Of a stretch of 64,000 bases of DNA, positions 42,275 to 53,801 are shown piece by piece (position 1 is the first letter of the stretch; each line of letters begins with the position of its first letter). Source of the DNA: Lytechinus pictus (lineage: Eukaryota). The notes beneath the pieces are model-generated. The model made no database searches. It saw only the letters and a list, made by a program, of their open reading frames with translations, and was not told the DNA's origin. A program made the translations under genes and the position numbers. The stretch lies in NCBI RefSeq assembly GCF_037042905.1, contig NC_087251.1, forward strand, positions 12,772,001-12,836,000, in the 5' to 3' direction.

Positions 42275-43375
42275 ATGCTAGAATCTTGCCATGTAGATAA
42301 CATAACAATAAATCACTATATTTTATTACGGAAGTTGCAATTTTATGGGTCTAGAGGAATTTCTTTAGCATGGATACAGAGTTATTTATATAATAGAAAA
42401 CAATTTGTATGTATAGATGGTATTAATTCTAGATTGCTAACACTTAATGCAGGTGTTCCGCAAGGATCCATTTTAGGCCCGTTATTTTTTCTATTATATG
42501 TTAACGATATGCAATATGTAACCCCAAACTTTCGTCCAATCACATTCGCAGATGACACAAACCTTTTTGTATCGGGTAAAAATGTCCATGAAATATCTAA
42601 TATAATTACTTCGGAACTACCAAAATTGGAGATGTGGTTTTTGGCTAATAAATTACTTGTTAATTCTAAAAAAACTAATTATATGATATTCAAACCAAAA
42701 AATAAAAAACTCTCTGAACAAATCTGCGATGTTGCAATCAATAATTTTAATATACAACAGGTATCAAACACCACATTTCTTGGAGTGACAATCGATGAAA
42801 ATCTTTCTTGGACTCCACATATTAATATCATCCTGCGGAAGATCTCGTGTGCAATTGGTATATTATACAAAATAAGACACTTTGTTCCTTTGAAAATATT
42901 GATTAATATATATAATGCTATTATCCTTCCCCATTTGTCTTACTGTACTGTGACTTGGGGGCATTGTGCCAAAATTCTTCTAAATAAATTGTATGTTTTA
43001 CAAAAAAGAGCACTACGTGCAATTACAAATTCTCATCCGAGAACTCCATCTGGACCTCTTTTCAGAAAATTTAATATGCTAACTATATTTCAAATACATG
43101 AACTGCAAGTTGGATCATTTATGTACATGTATAATAAACACTTGCTTCCTCAAATTTTTGATGATATGTTTAAAATGACAAAGGATGTTCATACACTTAA
43201 TACAAGACATGCTAATAATATGTATATTCCTCTGTTGAAATATCAAACTTCACGTAAATCGGTAAAATATTCTGGAGTAATTACTTGGAATGCAATACCT
43301 GTTAATATAAAAATGTCCCCATCTATTGCCTCATTTAAACGAAAGTATAAAATGCATCTCATGAAGGAATCTTAA
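42275..43375 (+). CDS. Reverse transcriptase C-terminal part of a 5'-truncated CR1/L2-group (Crack-like) LINE ORF2
   Basis: 366-aa ORF with GVPQGSILGPLFFLLYVND, FADDT, FLGVTID and HTLNTR motifs. Confidence 0.9.
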   Translation: MLESCHVDNITINHYILLRKLQFYGSRGISLAWIQSYLYNRKQFVCIDGINSRLLTLNAGVPQGSILGPLFFLLYVNDMQYVTPNFRPITFADDTNLFVSGKNVHEISNIITSELPKLEMWFLANKLLVNSKKTNYMIFKPKNKKLSEQICDVAINNFNIQQVSNTTFLGVTIDENLSWTPHINIILRKISCAIGILYKIRHFVPLKILINIYNAIILPHLSYCTVTWGHCAKILLNKLYVLQKRALRAITNSHPRTPSGPLFRKFNMLTIFQIHELQVGSFMYMYNKHLLPQIFDDMFKMTKDVHTLNTRHANNMYIPLLKYQTSRKSVKYSGVITWNAIPVNIKMSPSIASFKRKYKMHLMKES

Positions 43376-43612
43376 GTACTTTATAATTTACCCATCACAA
43401 TCCAGACATAAATGTACCCCCCCTTCTCTCTCTATATTATGTATGTTTCAATATGGCATTGGAGCCCAGCCTTTGAAAGGCCAATGGCCTCTGCTGGCTC
43501 CCCCATATTCTTGGTATTTGTATTCATATGTTTTCTTTTGTAAATATTTGATTGTATTTGAATGTTTTTTACCAGAAATGGAAATAAATAAAATGAAAAT
43601 GAAAAATGAAAT
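42296..43612 (+). mobile_element. 5'-truncated, young LINE insertion including its 3'UTR
   Basis: Uninterrupted RT frame; 3'UTR stem-loop at 43461-43504; aataaa plus (AAATGA)n tail. Confidence 0.85.
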
Positions 43613-44043
43613 GTAAATGCATATGCTATTTTATTTCATCCAAAAATAAGTTCCAGTGATATATGGAATCTTTTCCCACGCGGAGAAATCATATTTGTAC
43701 TGTATATATTGATGTAAAATAAAATTGTATATAACGTTTGGTTAATTTACCGATTTCTGATGTGTAACATTACACTTTTATTTTATTTTGCACTTCCGGA
43801 ATTATTATTTTTGTTGGGGGGAGCAAAACGTTCTGCTTGCCTCCCCCTCATATTGTAATTATATTGGACGGTCGCTCCTGCCCCCAGGATCGATGCCTCT
43901 GCATGCCAATCATGCAAAGTTTAAAACATTAGTATTTCAACATGATACACCATCAGATTAAAATCATATTAAAAAATCTACAGGTATAGGCCTCTATTAT
44001 ATAATCTTTGTTTCATTTCAAATGTGCGGACCACGGTGCAGAC

Positions 44044-44312
44044 TAAGAGAGAAGAAGAAAGCAAGATCCTTATTCCTTTTGAAGAGAATAAGGAGTCTGA
44101 GAGAAAGGAAACTGAGAAGAAGAAAATAAGATAAGATGAGAAGAGGAGGAGAGAAGAGAAGAAGGTGAAAAGGAGTATAAAAGGAGAAAATGCGGAGAAG
44201 ATCAGTAGAAGAGAAGATAAGAGGAGAATAAGAAGAAGAAACGAAAAGTATGAGGAGCCTGGACGAAACAAGAAGAGGAAGACAAAATGAAAAAAAAGTA
44301 AAAGAATGAAGA
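44044..44312. repeat. GA-rich low-complexity tract
   Basis: Polypurine aga/gag/gaa runs; explains the spurious F/L/S-rich minus-strand ORFs. Confidence 0.85.
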
Positions 44313-46546
44313 ACAGTGCATGGTGGCACCAAGGAGGCACGGGGGGGGGGGGCATTAATTTTTCCCATTCAGGATCGTTCCCTCCCCTCCCCCGAAATTT
44401 TTCACTCGTCAAATTTTGAAAAATTTCTCATCCGGTCACTATAAACTCCCAATCAATTATATTAGTCACTATTAACACAAATCTTTCAGGTCATTTTTTA
44501 ATAAGATTAAAAATAAAATTTTTTTCATTAGGATAACATGGGGCTTAAAAGTTCAGTTTTCTAGTCAGTATGAACAAATTATTCTTTTCGTGATTCGAGT
44601 TTTTATTATTTGTTTTAGGAGATACGTATAGACCTATACTGTTATGTTCCTTATTTTAAAAAGAATTGAATGTTAAAAAATTTCAGCTCGCGCTACGCGC
44701 TCACATCAATTTAGTTAGATACCCATGCATTCTGTTCATGGATGGTACTTATCAATCCTTTCAAGTGAGTATAGGGACTATACTGAAAATTTTAGTTCGC
44801 GCCGCGCTCGAATATGTGACACAGGAAAAAATTGCGTGTCCGCCTTTACCCCATGCCTCCCTAGTTTGATAATCCTGGTGCAGCGACTGATGCAGAAGAA
44901 TGAAAAAGGGGAAAATAAAGAATAGGAATAATGAAGAATAAAGAAAATGAAGGAGCGAGGAATTGGCATAGGCCTATAGAAAAAAAATTATCAAAAGTTT
45001 ATGCGACTTTTTCGAAGTAAAAAAAAATGCGAGTGCGGGGGGGTCTAATTTCATTTAGTAATTCAATTTCAGCCTTGCCTGTCAGTCTCCCTTAATAACA
45101 CACACTTCAATCGATAAAGTTTAATCAACGAAATTTCTTGGTTAATTCATAACAAACTTTCGTGAAAGCAACATTACACAATTGAGCAAATCTTTATCTA
45201 GAAACGTTGGTGTCATCATAAACTAAAAATTCCTTAGTTCTATTTTACTTAGATTATACAATCATACTCTCAATTTTGAACTATGGGATATTAACTTGAG
45301 GTATACTCCTCTACTTTTGGACAGACTATTGGCAATTAAGCGTGTAAAAGGAATTATGAGTCACAAAGAGATTAGCTCGCACAAACGAACTTTTTATTAT
45401 TCTAATAACATTTTGAAAATAAATGACCTATACATGTAATACCTTCGTCTTGGCTGTTCTATGTACCAATTAAATCGCGGCGAAATGCTAACTCTATTAT
45501 TTACAAAAAAATGATCATTTCCTATATAGCTACCACACCAGACACTCTTTCGTCATCATATCACCTCCCTTTGTTGAGAACATTATTTAAACAGAAAACT
45601 CACATTCCACTGGTCCTCATTTTATTCTTTGGATGAGTCTTACTTTATACAGACTCATCCAAAGAATTGAATAAAATTTTCTATTCATATCACTAACTTA
45701 ATCAAATTAATCGTTAGAATGATGTTTTCTTTGTCTTTCTTAAGTGTTGTCCTATTCCATGTTGTTTTGTATAGTGTATCTTTGGTTATCATTCTTTATA
45801 TGTTATTATGAACAATGTCATGATACCATTTTACATATGCTAAAGGGAACCTGTTTAACATCTAAAGTGGTTAAGTGATTTGTGATGACAGTCTGTTGTG
45901 ATTCTCCCAAAATTTCGCAAATAATGCAGCGCTATACCTTCTTTTTACTGAATTGAATTGATTTAAGTACAGATAAAGTTATATAAAAATTACTGCAAAT
46001 TATGCTGGCGCAAATATTCACTACTGAAAGATACGCGCCGTAGGCTATAAGACAACAACAACAACAACACAAGCTGTGCTTTCAAAAGGTTTCCTCCACA
46101 TGACAGCTTTTATTTTAAGTTAATCATTAAGTTTTATTATTCAACTGCTTTCACGAAGGTATTTTAATGTTTTATTTCAAAGTAGTGTGAATTGTATTTT
46201 TTCCATAATGATTGCTGTTATTTATAAATGAGAAATGAAATTCATGCAGTTAGTGATTAGTCTGCAGAAACAGACCCTATCTGAAAACTTTGATTAACAT
46301 TTGGGTATTGGGAATGAGCGAGATGGCACACATAATATCTTCTTCCTGTTACTGCAGGCGTCATACTCTTTAGTTTGCATATTCAGATCACTATTTGAGC
46401 AAATGTTCGCCAGCACATAACAAATTAATATTTATTTATTAAATTACGTCTCGAATAAGCAGACTAATTCCCATGTGCTACATAAATAATGTTTTGGCAT
46501 TTTTGCTGGGCATGCCGCTGTAGCTGTATTACAATTTTCATTAGAA

Positions 46547-46636
46547 ATGGAATTAAACCATCAAAATGAATTCCAAGTGCTGAAGGAGGAGAATTCTCGA
46601 CTGAGGCTACAACTTGAAAAATATGAATTGGAATCG
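46547..46636 (+). CDS. MOCS3: MOCS3 exon 1 (MELNHQNEFQVLKEENSRLRLQLEKYELES)
   Basis: ATG, coiled-coil-like peptide resembling Uba4/MOCS3 N-termini, phase-0 GTAAA donor compatible with exon 2. Confidence 0.7.
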
Positions 46637-47125
46637 GTAAAATATGATTGAAGTAGGCCTAGTTCCAAAAAATTAAGTTTTTCCGTAACTTTTTAGTCTT
46701 ACTCTTAGTCCCATGTGTTGAAATATACGCAGGGTATGGTATGAAGAAGATGGCCCTCGGCCTCGTCTGAGCTGAGTCCTGAGTAGACAGGAATAACCGT
46801 CGTTTCTGGGGATTTATTCAACAATTTCTGACATTTTACTATAATCCCCATTCACCGACGGTAGTGTGTTAGTGCGAGCCTGCATGTGTAATCTGGTCGG
46901 CAATTCGGAGGACGGGTTTTGTCCAGATTCTAAAAATGACATTTTTAAAAATTATTACTAATTAGGCCTATCTTGAACGCGAAGGCCCACTATTTTTGTT
47001 AGACTCTAATCTTTCTTTTGATACTATGTAAGTTCTATAAAATATCGAAAATATACGTTACCGATGAGTTATTCCCCGGGTTATTCCTTATTTTTTGAAT
47101 TTTCTGCCGGAGAGGGAAAAATGGC

Positions 47126-47374
47126 GTGTGTGTGTGTGTGTATTTGAGTTTTGTCAGACGTGTATCAATCAGATATGATTATTTACGTCTGGGACCGACC
47201 TTTTACGTCACCATCCGAAAGACGTGACCAGGGCTCGTACCTCGAACCTCTGCATCAATTTGCAGCCGTCAACGAGTTGTGCTTTTATCAAGGCTTTCCG
47301 ATTAAATTTTCGATATCCTGGCCAATCAATGCGAGCGACAAGCTCCGAACGCACGCACATCTACAAGCGCAAAG
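47126..47374 (-). mobile_element. SINE-like repeat with (CA)n tail
   Basis: Minus strand: ggttcgagg..cgagccc (B-box-like), cgtctttcggatggtgacgtaaaa core, (CA)n end; shares tcccagacgtaaataatcatatc with 6796-6818. Confidence 0.5.
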
Positions 47375-47920
47375 CCCGGGGGGGCACTTGACCAAAAAAG
47401 TAGTGGGTATGTTCCGCAGGCGAGACAAAAAACGGGGGCCTGGCTTGGAGCGGGCTTATTGTGAAAAGGAGGGTCCTCGGAACGGGCTTCGGAACGACAA
47501 ATGTTTGTGAAAACGGGGGTTCTTGGAACGGGTCACTTGCGTGTGCATCCCTATGGAACGGGCATACGTGTATATGCAGCTAGCCCAGCGGCATGGGCGC
47601 TGGGTGCGCTCGCGCAGAGGCGATGGTCGGACAGCGCTCAGCGGCCGCCTTTCACCAAAATTGCAGCTCGTTGTGGCGGATCAATGCGACCGGAACGGCA
47701 TAACGAAAAACATGCGAAGCTTTGCCTTTGGAGCGGATTTCTTCTTTTCTCTCGATAAGAAGAAAATGCTATGCTTCGGAGCGGCTTTCTTAGTTCTTTT
47801 TCTTAATAAGATGAAAATGCTATGCCCTGGAACAGAAATTTGAGTGTAAAAATGGGGGTCCCCTCCGCGGCACACACCCACTATGCATTATATACTGAGT
47901 GCCCCCCCCCCCCCCCCGGG
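47375..47920. mobile_element. CCCGGGGGG-ended MITE with a 7-9 bp TSD
   Basis: cccggggggggcact / agtgcccc...cccggg; CGCAAAG (extendable to GCGCAAAGC) on both sides. Confidence 0.85.
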
Positions 47921-47949
47921 CGCAAAGCAGCGGCATAAATCGCGATATA

Positions 47950-48936
47950 CAGTGCGTATAAAAAAAAAGTTTACACTTTGAAAAAGCCCTGGGAATTAAA
48001 AAATGTACAACATGTGGGTAATTTTTTCACATAAGATCTTGGGTTTGGGTCTCATCTATCCAATGAAAGTAAAAGTTTTGACAAAATGTTACACCTGAGT
48101 GAGCACTGTCCATTTTTGTAAAGCTTGCAGAAATCTGTTTGCGCAGAAATGCTCGTTTTCATGCTGTGTCAAGGGGAAAGGGCGAAATCAAACTTACCCT
48201 GCGAACCATTTCTCATACATTTCCCACTGCACTTTTTGTCAATTGTAATAAATGGATACATTCAAGCATTTTGTAACAATTTTGCCACCCAAATTGAAAT
48301 TTCAACACTTAGTAAGCACAACCTCTACCCTTTTTGTGCCAGCTGGATCTGAGGACATAGCAAAATCTGAACAAAAGTTTATATCAGACATCTCCAGCAT
48401 TTTTTCACTAAGTTTTTATCATTTAAAGTGGGTTTACATTTTATTTATCATTTAATACTTGTTTCTCCATACTTTTTCCAAGCTTGACAATGATTAACAA
48501 ATTGAAAATCAAGCCTAAGCCATTTTATGTAAATCACAGCTCAGTGTAAAGCAAATATCGTCACGATGGCCTCGGTGTGTGGGGGAGTGGGGTGGGGCGC
48601 AATGCACTCTTCGAAGTGTTTTGGGCAAGGAAACAAGTTAAAAAGGTAAAAGATATCTTCAAATCAATTTTACTAGCTAAATTCAACGTGTTCTTCACGA
48701 TTAAGGTCTACTTTTATTCGCATAACTATTTCAAAGTTCTGCGCAAATCATTTTTCACTAACTTTTCAAAAGTAAGTGGTGCTCACTCAAGCGGAAATAT
48801 TTTTCGACAGTTACATCGTCATTTGCTTAAATGGATCTGTACCAATGTTAAAATGTGGAAAAATCTTCAGGATATTACAAATGTATAATTTTACAGGATT
48901 TTTTCTAAGTGTAAACTTTTTTTTTGATACGCACTG
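47950..48936. mobile_element. Non-autonomous Tc1/mariner element
   Basis: TA|cagtgcgtat(a)naagtttacactt...aagtgtaaac(t)ngatacgcactg|TA. Confidence 0.9.
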
Positions 48937-49247
48937 TATAGCGACTGGTAAATACGTCTGTAAGGATGATGACGTCATCAAAGATGACAACCTATGTTGA
49001 CCAACGAAAGGATCGAAGATGACGATGTTTCGATCATCATTTGAAAGGAATTAGCGGTAACTGCGGTCTAAGGTACGATATTTCTGAATTTTTAACATTT
49101 TTTCGTAAATATGCATGTGATTTCTTTTTCATAATGTGACATTTTATGTACAAAAAAACAATAGGAAAATCGGGTTTCCGCCGAATGTTAGATCTAACGT
49201 TACTGCTAATACGTTGTCTGTACGTACGGGCCTCCAAGCTCTTCAGT

Positions 49248-50900
49248 CTATGTATTGGTGAGTGAGCCAACGCAGTTCAGCGGAACAACCAAAATACAGA
49301 GACTGAAGCTTTTGGTCTTAAGTCCTGAGTAACCCAGGGAGCTCCCGCCCGCTCTGCGGGCCAGAGCCCATGACTCATCCGTGTAATACGAGGTGGACAT
49401 ATGCTCTCCAAAATGGTGTAGAATGGGGTCGCAATAGCACTCAAAAATAATAAAGGGGAAAATATAAATTATGTACTTGCTTCGATTATATGGATGGTCT
49501 ATCGTGAGACACCTGACATCGAGGCACAAACTGGACCCTAAAAAATCAGAATTCAGACAAAAAAGGAAAAGTTCTGTCTTGTTTGTTCTCCTGTCAATAT
49601 TGAAAAAAAAATGGCTGATCGAGAGCGAACACGACAGAGGTCTAACTTTTCCCTTTTTTGAGGGTCCAGTTTGTGCCTCGATGTCAGGATTCTGTGTCTA
49701 CTCTTACACGATCACTCACACATGCATGCGAGGTTAGCTACTAGTACTACTACTAACCTCGCACAACGCATATGATTTGACAACGAATTTTTACGTTTTC
49801 ATTCACACGAATATGAGTGAATAAAACGCGCCAAAACCTACATTTATTCACTACATAACTTTCATCTATCAACTAAATTTTAAAAATATATTTGAAATTA
49901 TTTATAAAAATGATTTGTTAACGCTTACCAACAAATTTCAGCCAAGATACTCCGTCCGTCCGAATACTGCGTTGGAAATTACGCAAACAACAATCAAAAT
50001 GCGAATTTTTCCTATCAGTCTCAATTAAAGTCGTCGGCGCATAATAGGATATTGTACAAAAAAAAATCTGCATCTCGTGTATACTTATGAAGTTCGCCAT
50101 CTTTTGACAAGATGATGATGAAAGTGGACTGAATGAGCAAGTAAATAATGCTGAGCGCCTAGAATGCAGCTAGCAGTACAAGCTTCAAACAAACAAACAC
50201 ACCGGCAAAATATCGCGCGCCATCTTCAGGCCAAAATTAATTTTGTCGCTGATCAAAGGGCATCTACGTGAAGATCAAGAAAATATACATTATTTTTTTT
50301 AACAAACTGCTAAGAGAAGTCACCAAAGGATCCATATGGTTCGGGAAGTGTCATAGCACAATGCACAATGTGAAATTCTAACTTTAGTGTTATAATCTTT
50401 TATTTGGGCAAAAGCCCATGAAAGATTTGCATGTGTCGCATGCATTTGATATTCCTTCGCACGCGAGATGAAATGAACCCATGGGTGTCTCACGATAGAC
50501 CTTCATCCATATAATCGAGGTAAGTGCATAATTTATCTTTTCCCCTTTTATTTGGAGTTCTATTGCGACCCCATTCTACCCCATTTTGGAGAGCATATGT
50601 TCGCCTAGTATTACACGGACAAGTCCTGGGCTCCGGCCCGCAAAGCGGGCCAAAGCTCCTTGGGTTAAGGCCTGAACTGAGCTGCACACCTAAAGAATTC
50701 GGCGCTAGGCCTAAAGCAGTTTCTCACCGGCAGACTTCAGGCAAATTTCCCAGCAGTAATTATTCGTGAATGTCATAACGGAAACAGCAAATCCCACAAT
50801 CACATTAAAATTCAAGGTCAATGCTAGATCACCAAAAGCTTCAGTCACTGTATTTTGGTTGTTCCGCAAATCTGCATTGGCTCCACTCACCAATACATTG
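49248..50900. mobile_element. Non-autonomous element with ~70-bp TIRs
   Basis: ctatgtattggtgagtgagccaa...gactgaagcttttggt / accaaaagcttcagtc...ttggctccactcaccaatacattg; flanks do not form a TSD. Confidence 0.8.
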
Positions 50901-51670
50901 GGATGATAGTAAAATTAAAAAAATTGTTAAATAAATCCCCAGAAACGACGGTTATTCCTGTCTAGGTCAATGCCTACCGATAGCTTTCTGAATATTCGCA
51001 ATCAGGAAACGGGTTAAGAATCATGAAAACTTGGTGCTAAATCTCACACACTATAGACAGGCTTGTTGAAGCGGGCTTTTTAGCATTGATCTTGATATTG
51101 ATTTTCGTGGAAAGAGTAGTTGATTGCCTCCAAGGGGGGGAATCAAGTTGTAGCCCATTTACATAACTTCATTAACTTAGGGCTAGATCTAGAAGATGGG
51201 ATTTTGAGGAGGCTTTTAATTATGTGGGAATAACGACGATGTGTGTACATGAATGGGACGCAATCCCTGGCTCCGTGGAGAGTAAGCACACGTAGTGAAT
51301 GATTTTTGTATCACCTGCATAGTAGAGTGAGACTATATAGGCACCTCTTTTCCGGCGACGGCGGCAGCGGCGTCAACATCAAATCTTAACCATAGCTTAA
51401 GTTTTTGAAATGACAGCATAACTTAGAAAGTATAGTATGGACATGGTTCATGAAACTTGGACATATGGTTAATCAAGTATTACTGAAAATCCTGCCCGAG
51501 TTTTAGGTCACATGACCAAGGTCAGGTCATTTAGGGTCAATGAACTAAAACCATGTTGGATGAGTCAATATCGAAATCTTAACGTAAGGTTAAGTTTTTG
51601 AAATGTCATCATAACATAGCTTAGAAAGTATATGGACCTAGTTCATGAAACTTGGCCGTAGGGTAATCAA

Positions 51671-53330
51671 ATATGATTATTATTTAGATGCAGGGTTTCA
51701 GAGGTGCATATATTTTTTGACGTCTTGCGAGGTTGTTTCAAAGAGACAAAATATTAAAACTGATTTCTAACGTATGCCTATGTTGGACGAAATGAATATT
51801 TTGCTCCGCCCACAATCATCGTCATCTGTATGGGAGGGTAGGTAGTCCTGTAGATCTGCGGTCATAAACACTTGATGCATAATAAGAAGTCTAACAAGAA
51901 CAGTGCAAGCGTGGATGTCGAGACAATTTCAAAATGTTTGCTTCACCTTGACCAAAAAGAATCTAATCTGTTTTTAAATGAGTTGATGCTGGAGGACATA
52001 CAGGCAAACTATTCCAAGATTGGATCACTCTTTTACTGAAAAATCTGCTGCGGGTGTTCAACCGACAGTGAGTCATGAAAAGTTTGAAGGGATGACCTCT
52101 TGTTCCCTGGTACTGGGACCTCATGAAGAGGGATTCTGGGTCGACTCTGTCTATACCATGCAATATTTCAAATACTTGTATCATGTCCCCTTGTTCTCTG
52201 CGGTAATGTAAGGAGTACAGATTCAGTTTAACAAGATATACTGTAAGGAGCTAAATCCTGGAAATAGTCTTGTTGCTCTACTTTGAACAGATTCAATCCT
52301 TTTATCATCAGTGATGAATCTAGGACTCCACACAACACTACAATACTTCCAAGTGTGGTCGAACAAGAGCCTTGTAAAGAGGCAGAAATATATCCGGTTT
52401 AATGTTCACAAATGCACGTTTGATGATGCCCAACATTGGTTAGCTTTCTGGATAGATGCAGATACATGTTGATGAAATGTGAGTTCACTATCAAGAGGAA
52501 CACCAAGATCCCTTTCACAGTTGACATCAACCAGTGAATGATTCTCCATAGAGTATGAAGGATGCATATTGTTATTTCCTATATGAGGAGTCTTACATTT
52601 ATCAGAGGCAGCTGCCATGAGAGTGACCATTTCTCAATGCCATTCAAATCGTCTTGCAGTGATTGACTACAGTCAGAGTTTCGTACTCTGGCATAAATCT
52701 TAGCGTTGTCAGTATAAAATAGTGTAGAGCTTGAAGTAACGTCTGCAGATCATTTACATACATAACAAAGAGGGTTGGCCAGAGCACACTACCCTGCAGT
52801 ATGCCACTAAGTACTTGTGTCCAATCTGATTTAAGATCGTCAAAAACAATACACTGTACACGATGAGAAAGGAAGGCCTTGACCCATGTTAAAAAGCGGA
52901 TCACGTATTCCAAACGATTCATTTTTTCTTATAATTCTGGTGTGTGGAACAGAGTCAAAGGCTTTTCTGAAGTCCAAGTATATCACGTCAACAGGATCAC
53001 CACAATCAATACTTTTGGTCCGATCTTCAAGCTGGCAAATCAATTGTGTTGTACATGAACGGCCAGGTACAAATCCATGTTGAGCTTCACAAAATAGCTG
53101 CTGAATAACTCCTGTGCTTGACAAAGTCATCTCTCAGAATGGATTCCACAACTTTCACCACCACAGACATGAGACTAATGGGCCGGTGGTTACTAGCATC
53201 CTTCCTGCTACCTTTCTTGAAGATAGCAGTATATATTCCAAGTGCAAATTTAGAAGATTTTTCAAATATATCTCAAGAGCCAAAAAGATAAGTCCGACAT
53301 CCACACACGCATGCATCCAGACTCTTCAAT
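51671..53330 (-). mobile_element. Degraded CR1-clade LINE fragment (RT pseudogene)
   Basis: Frameshifted ORFs with QHGFVPGRSCTTQL, DVIYLDFRKAFDSVPH, SGILQGSVLWPTLF, ERDLGV and TRGHPFKL. Confidence 0.9.
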
Positions 53331-53656
53331 GAACATCCTGTGCGAGTTTCAGGTCACATGACAAGATTATCATTGGTTACTGAATGATTGCGCGCATGAA
53401 GCTATTGTTACGTCACATTAAAATTGCATTGCGTATTAGTTGCCAGGTGTGGCAAAGGAACGAGATTGCGTCAGTTTATTGAATTCAAACGCACTTGCAC
53501 TATATGCAAGCGCATCTTTACAGAGATTTCTTTTTAAAAACATGACAATACTCAGTCGCCATGCTCATGATTTACAGGATTGATATAAAATGGTAAATAT
53601 ATATATTTTTTTTGCTTTATTTATGTTTAGCTCTGTGGGGGTAGCTAAATGATAAT

Positions 53657-53801
53657 AATATTGGATGACCAATTTTTGTGGGATGCGTACGAATATTGAT
53701 ACTCGCTGAAGAACAATATTAGATTTGTCTTCGACTCATTTAATATTGTTCTTCAGCTTGTACAATATTTGTATGCATCCCACTCAAGGCCATCCAATAT
53801 T
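53657..53801. mobile_element. 145-bp palindromic mini-MITE
   Basis: aatattggatg..gtgggatgc..gctgaagaacaatatta / taatattgttcttcagc..gcatcccac..catccaatatt. Confidence 0.75.

Larger units (their letters stand above)
46784..50964. mobile_element. TAG...CTA-ended DNA transposon relic with ~65-bp TIRs (Academ- or hAT-like) containing several nested elements
   Basis: tagacaggaataaccgtcgtttctggggatttatt / aataaatccccagaaacgacggttattcctgtcta; no clear TSD. Confidence 0.75.

Noticed and set aside
43978-44412. Hydrophobic 144-aa and 116-aa ORFs
   Set aside because: Artifacts of the GA-rich low-complexity tract.
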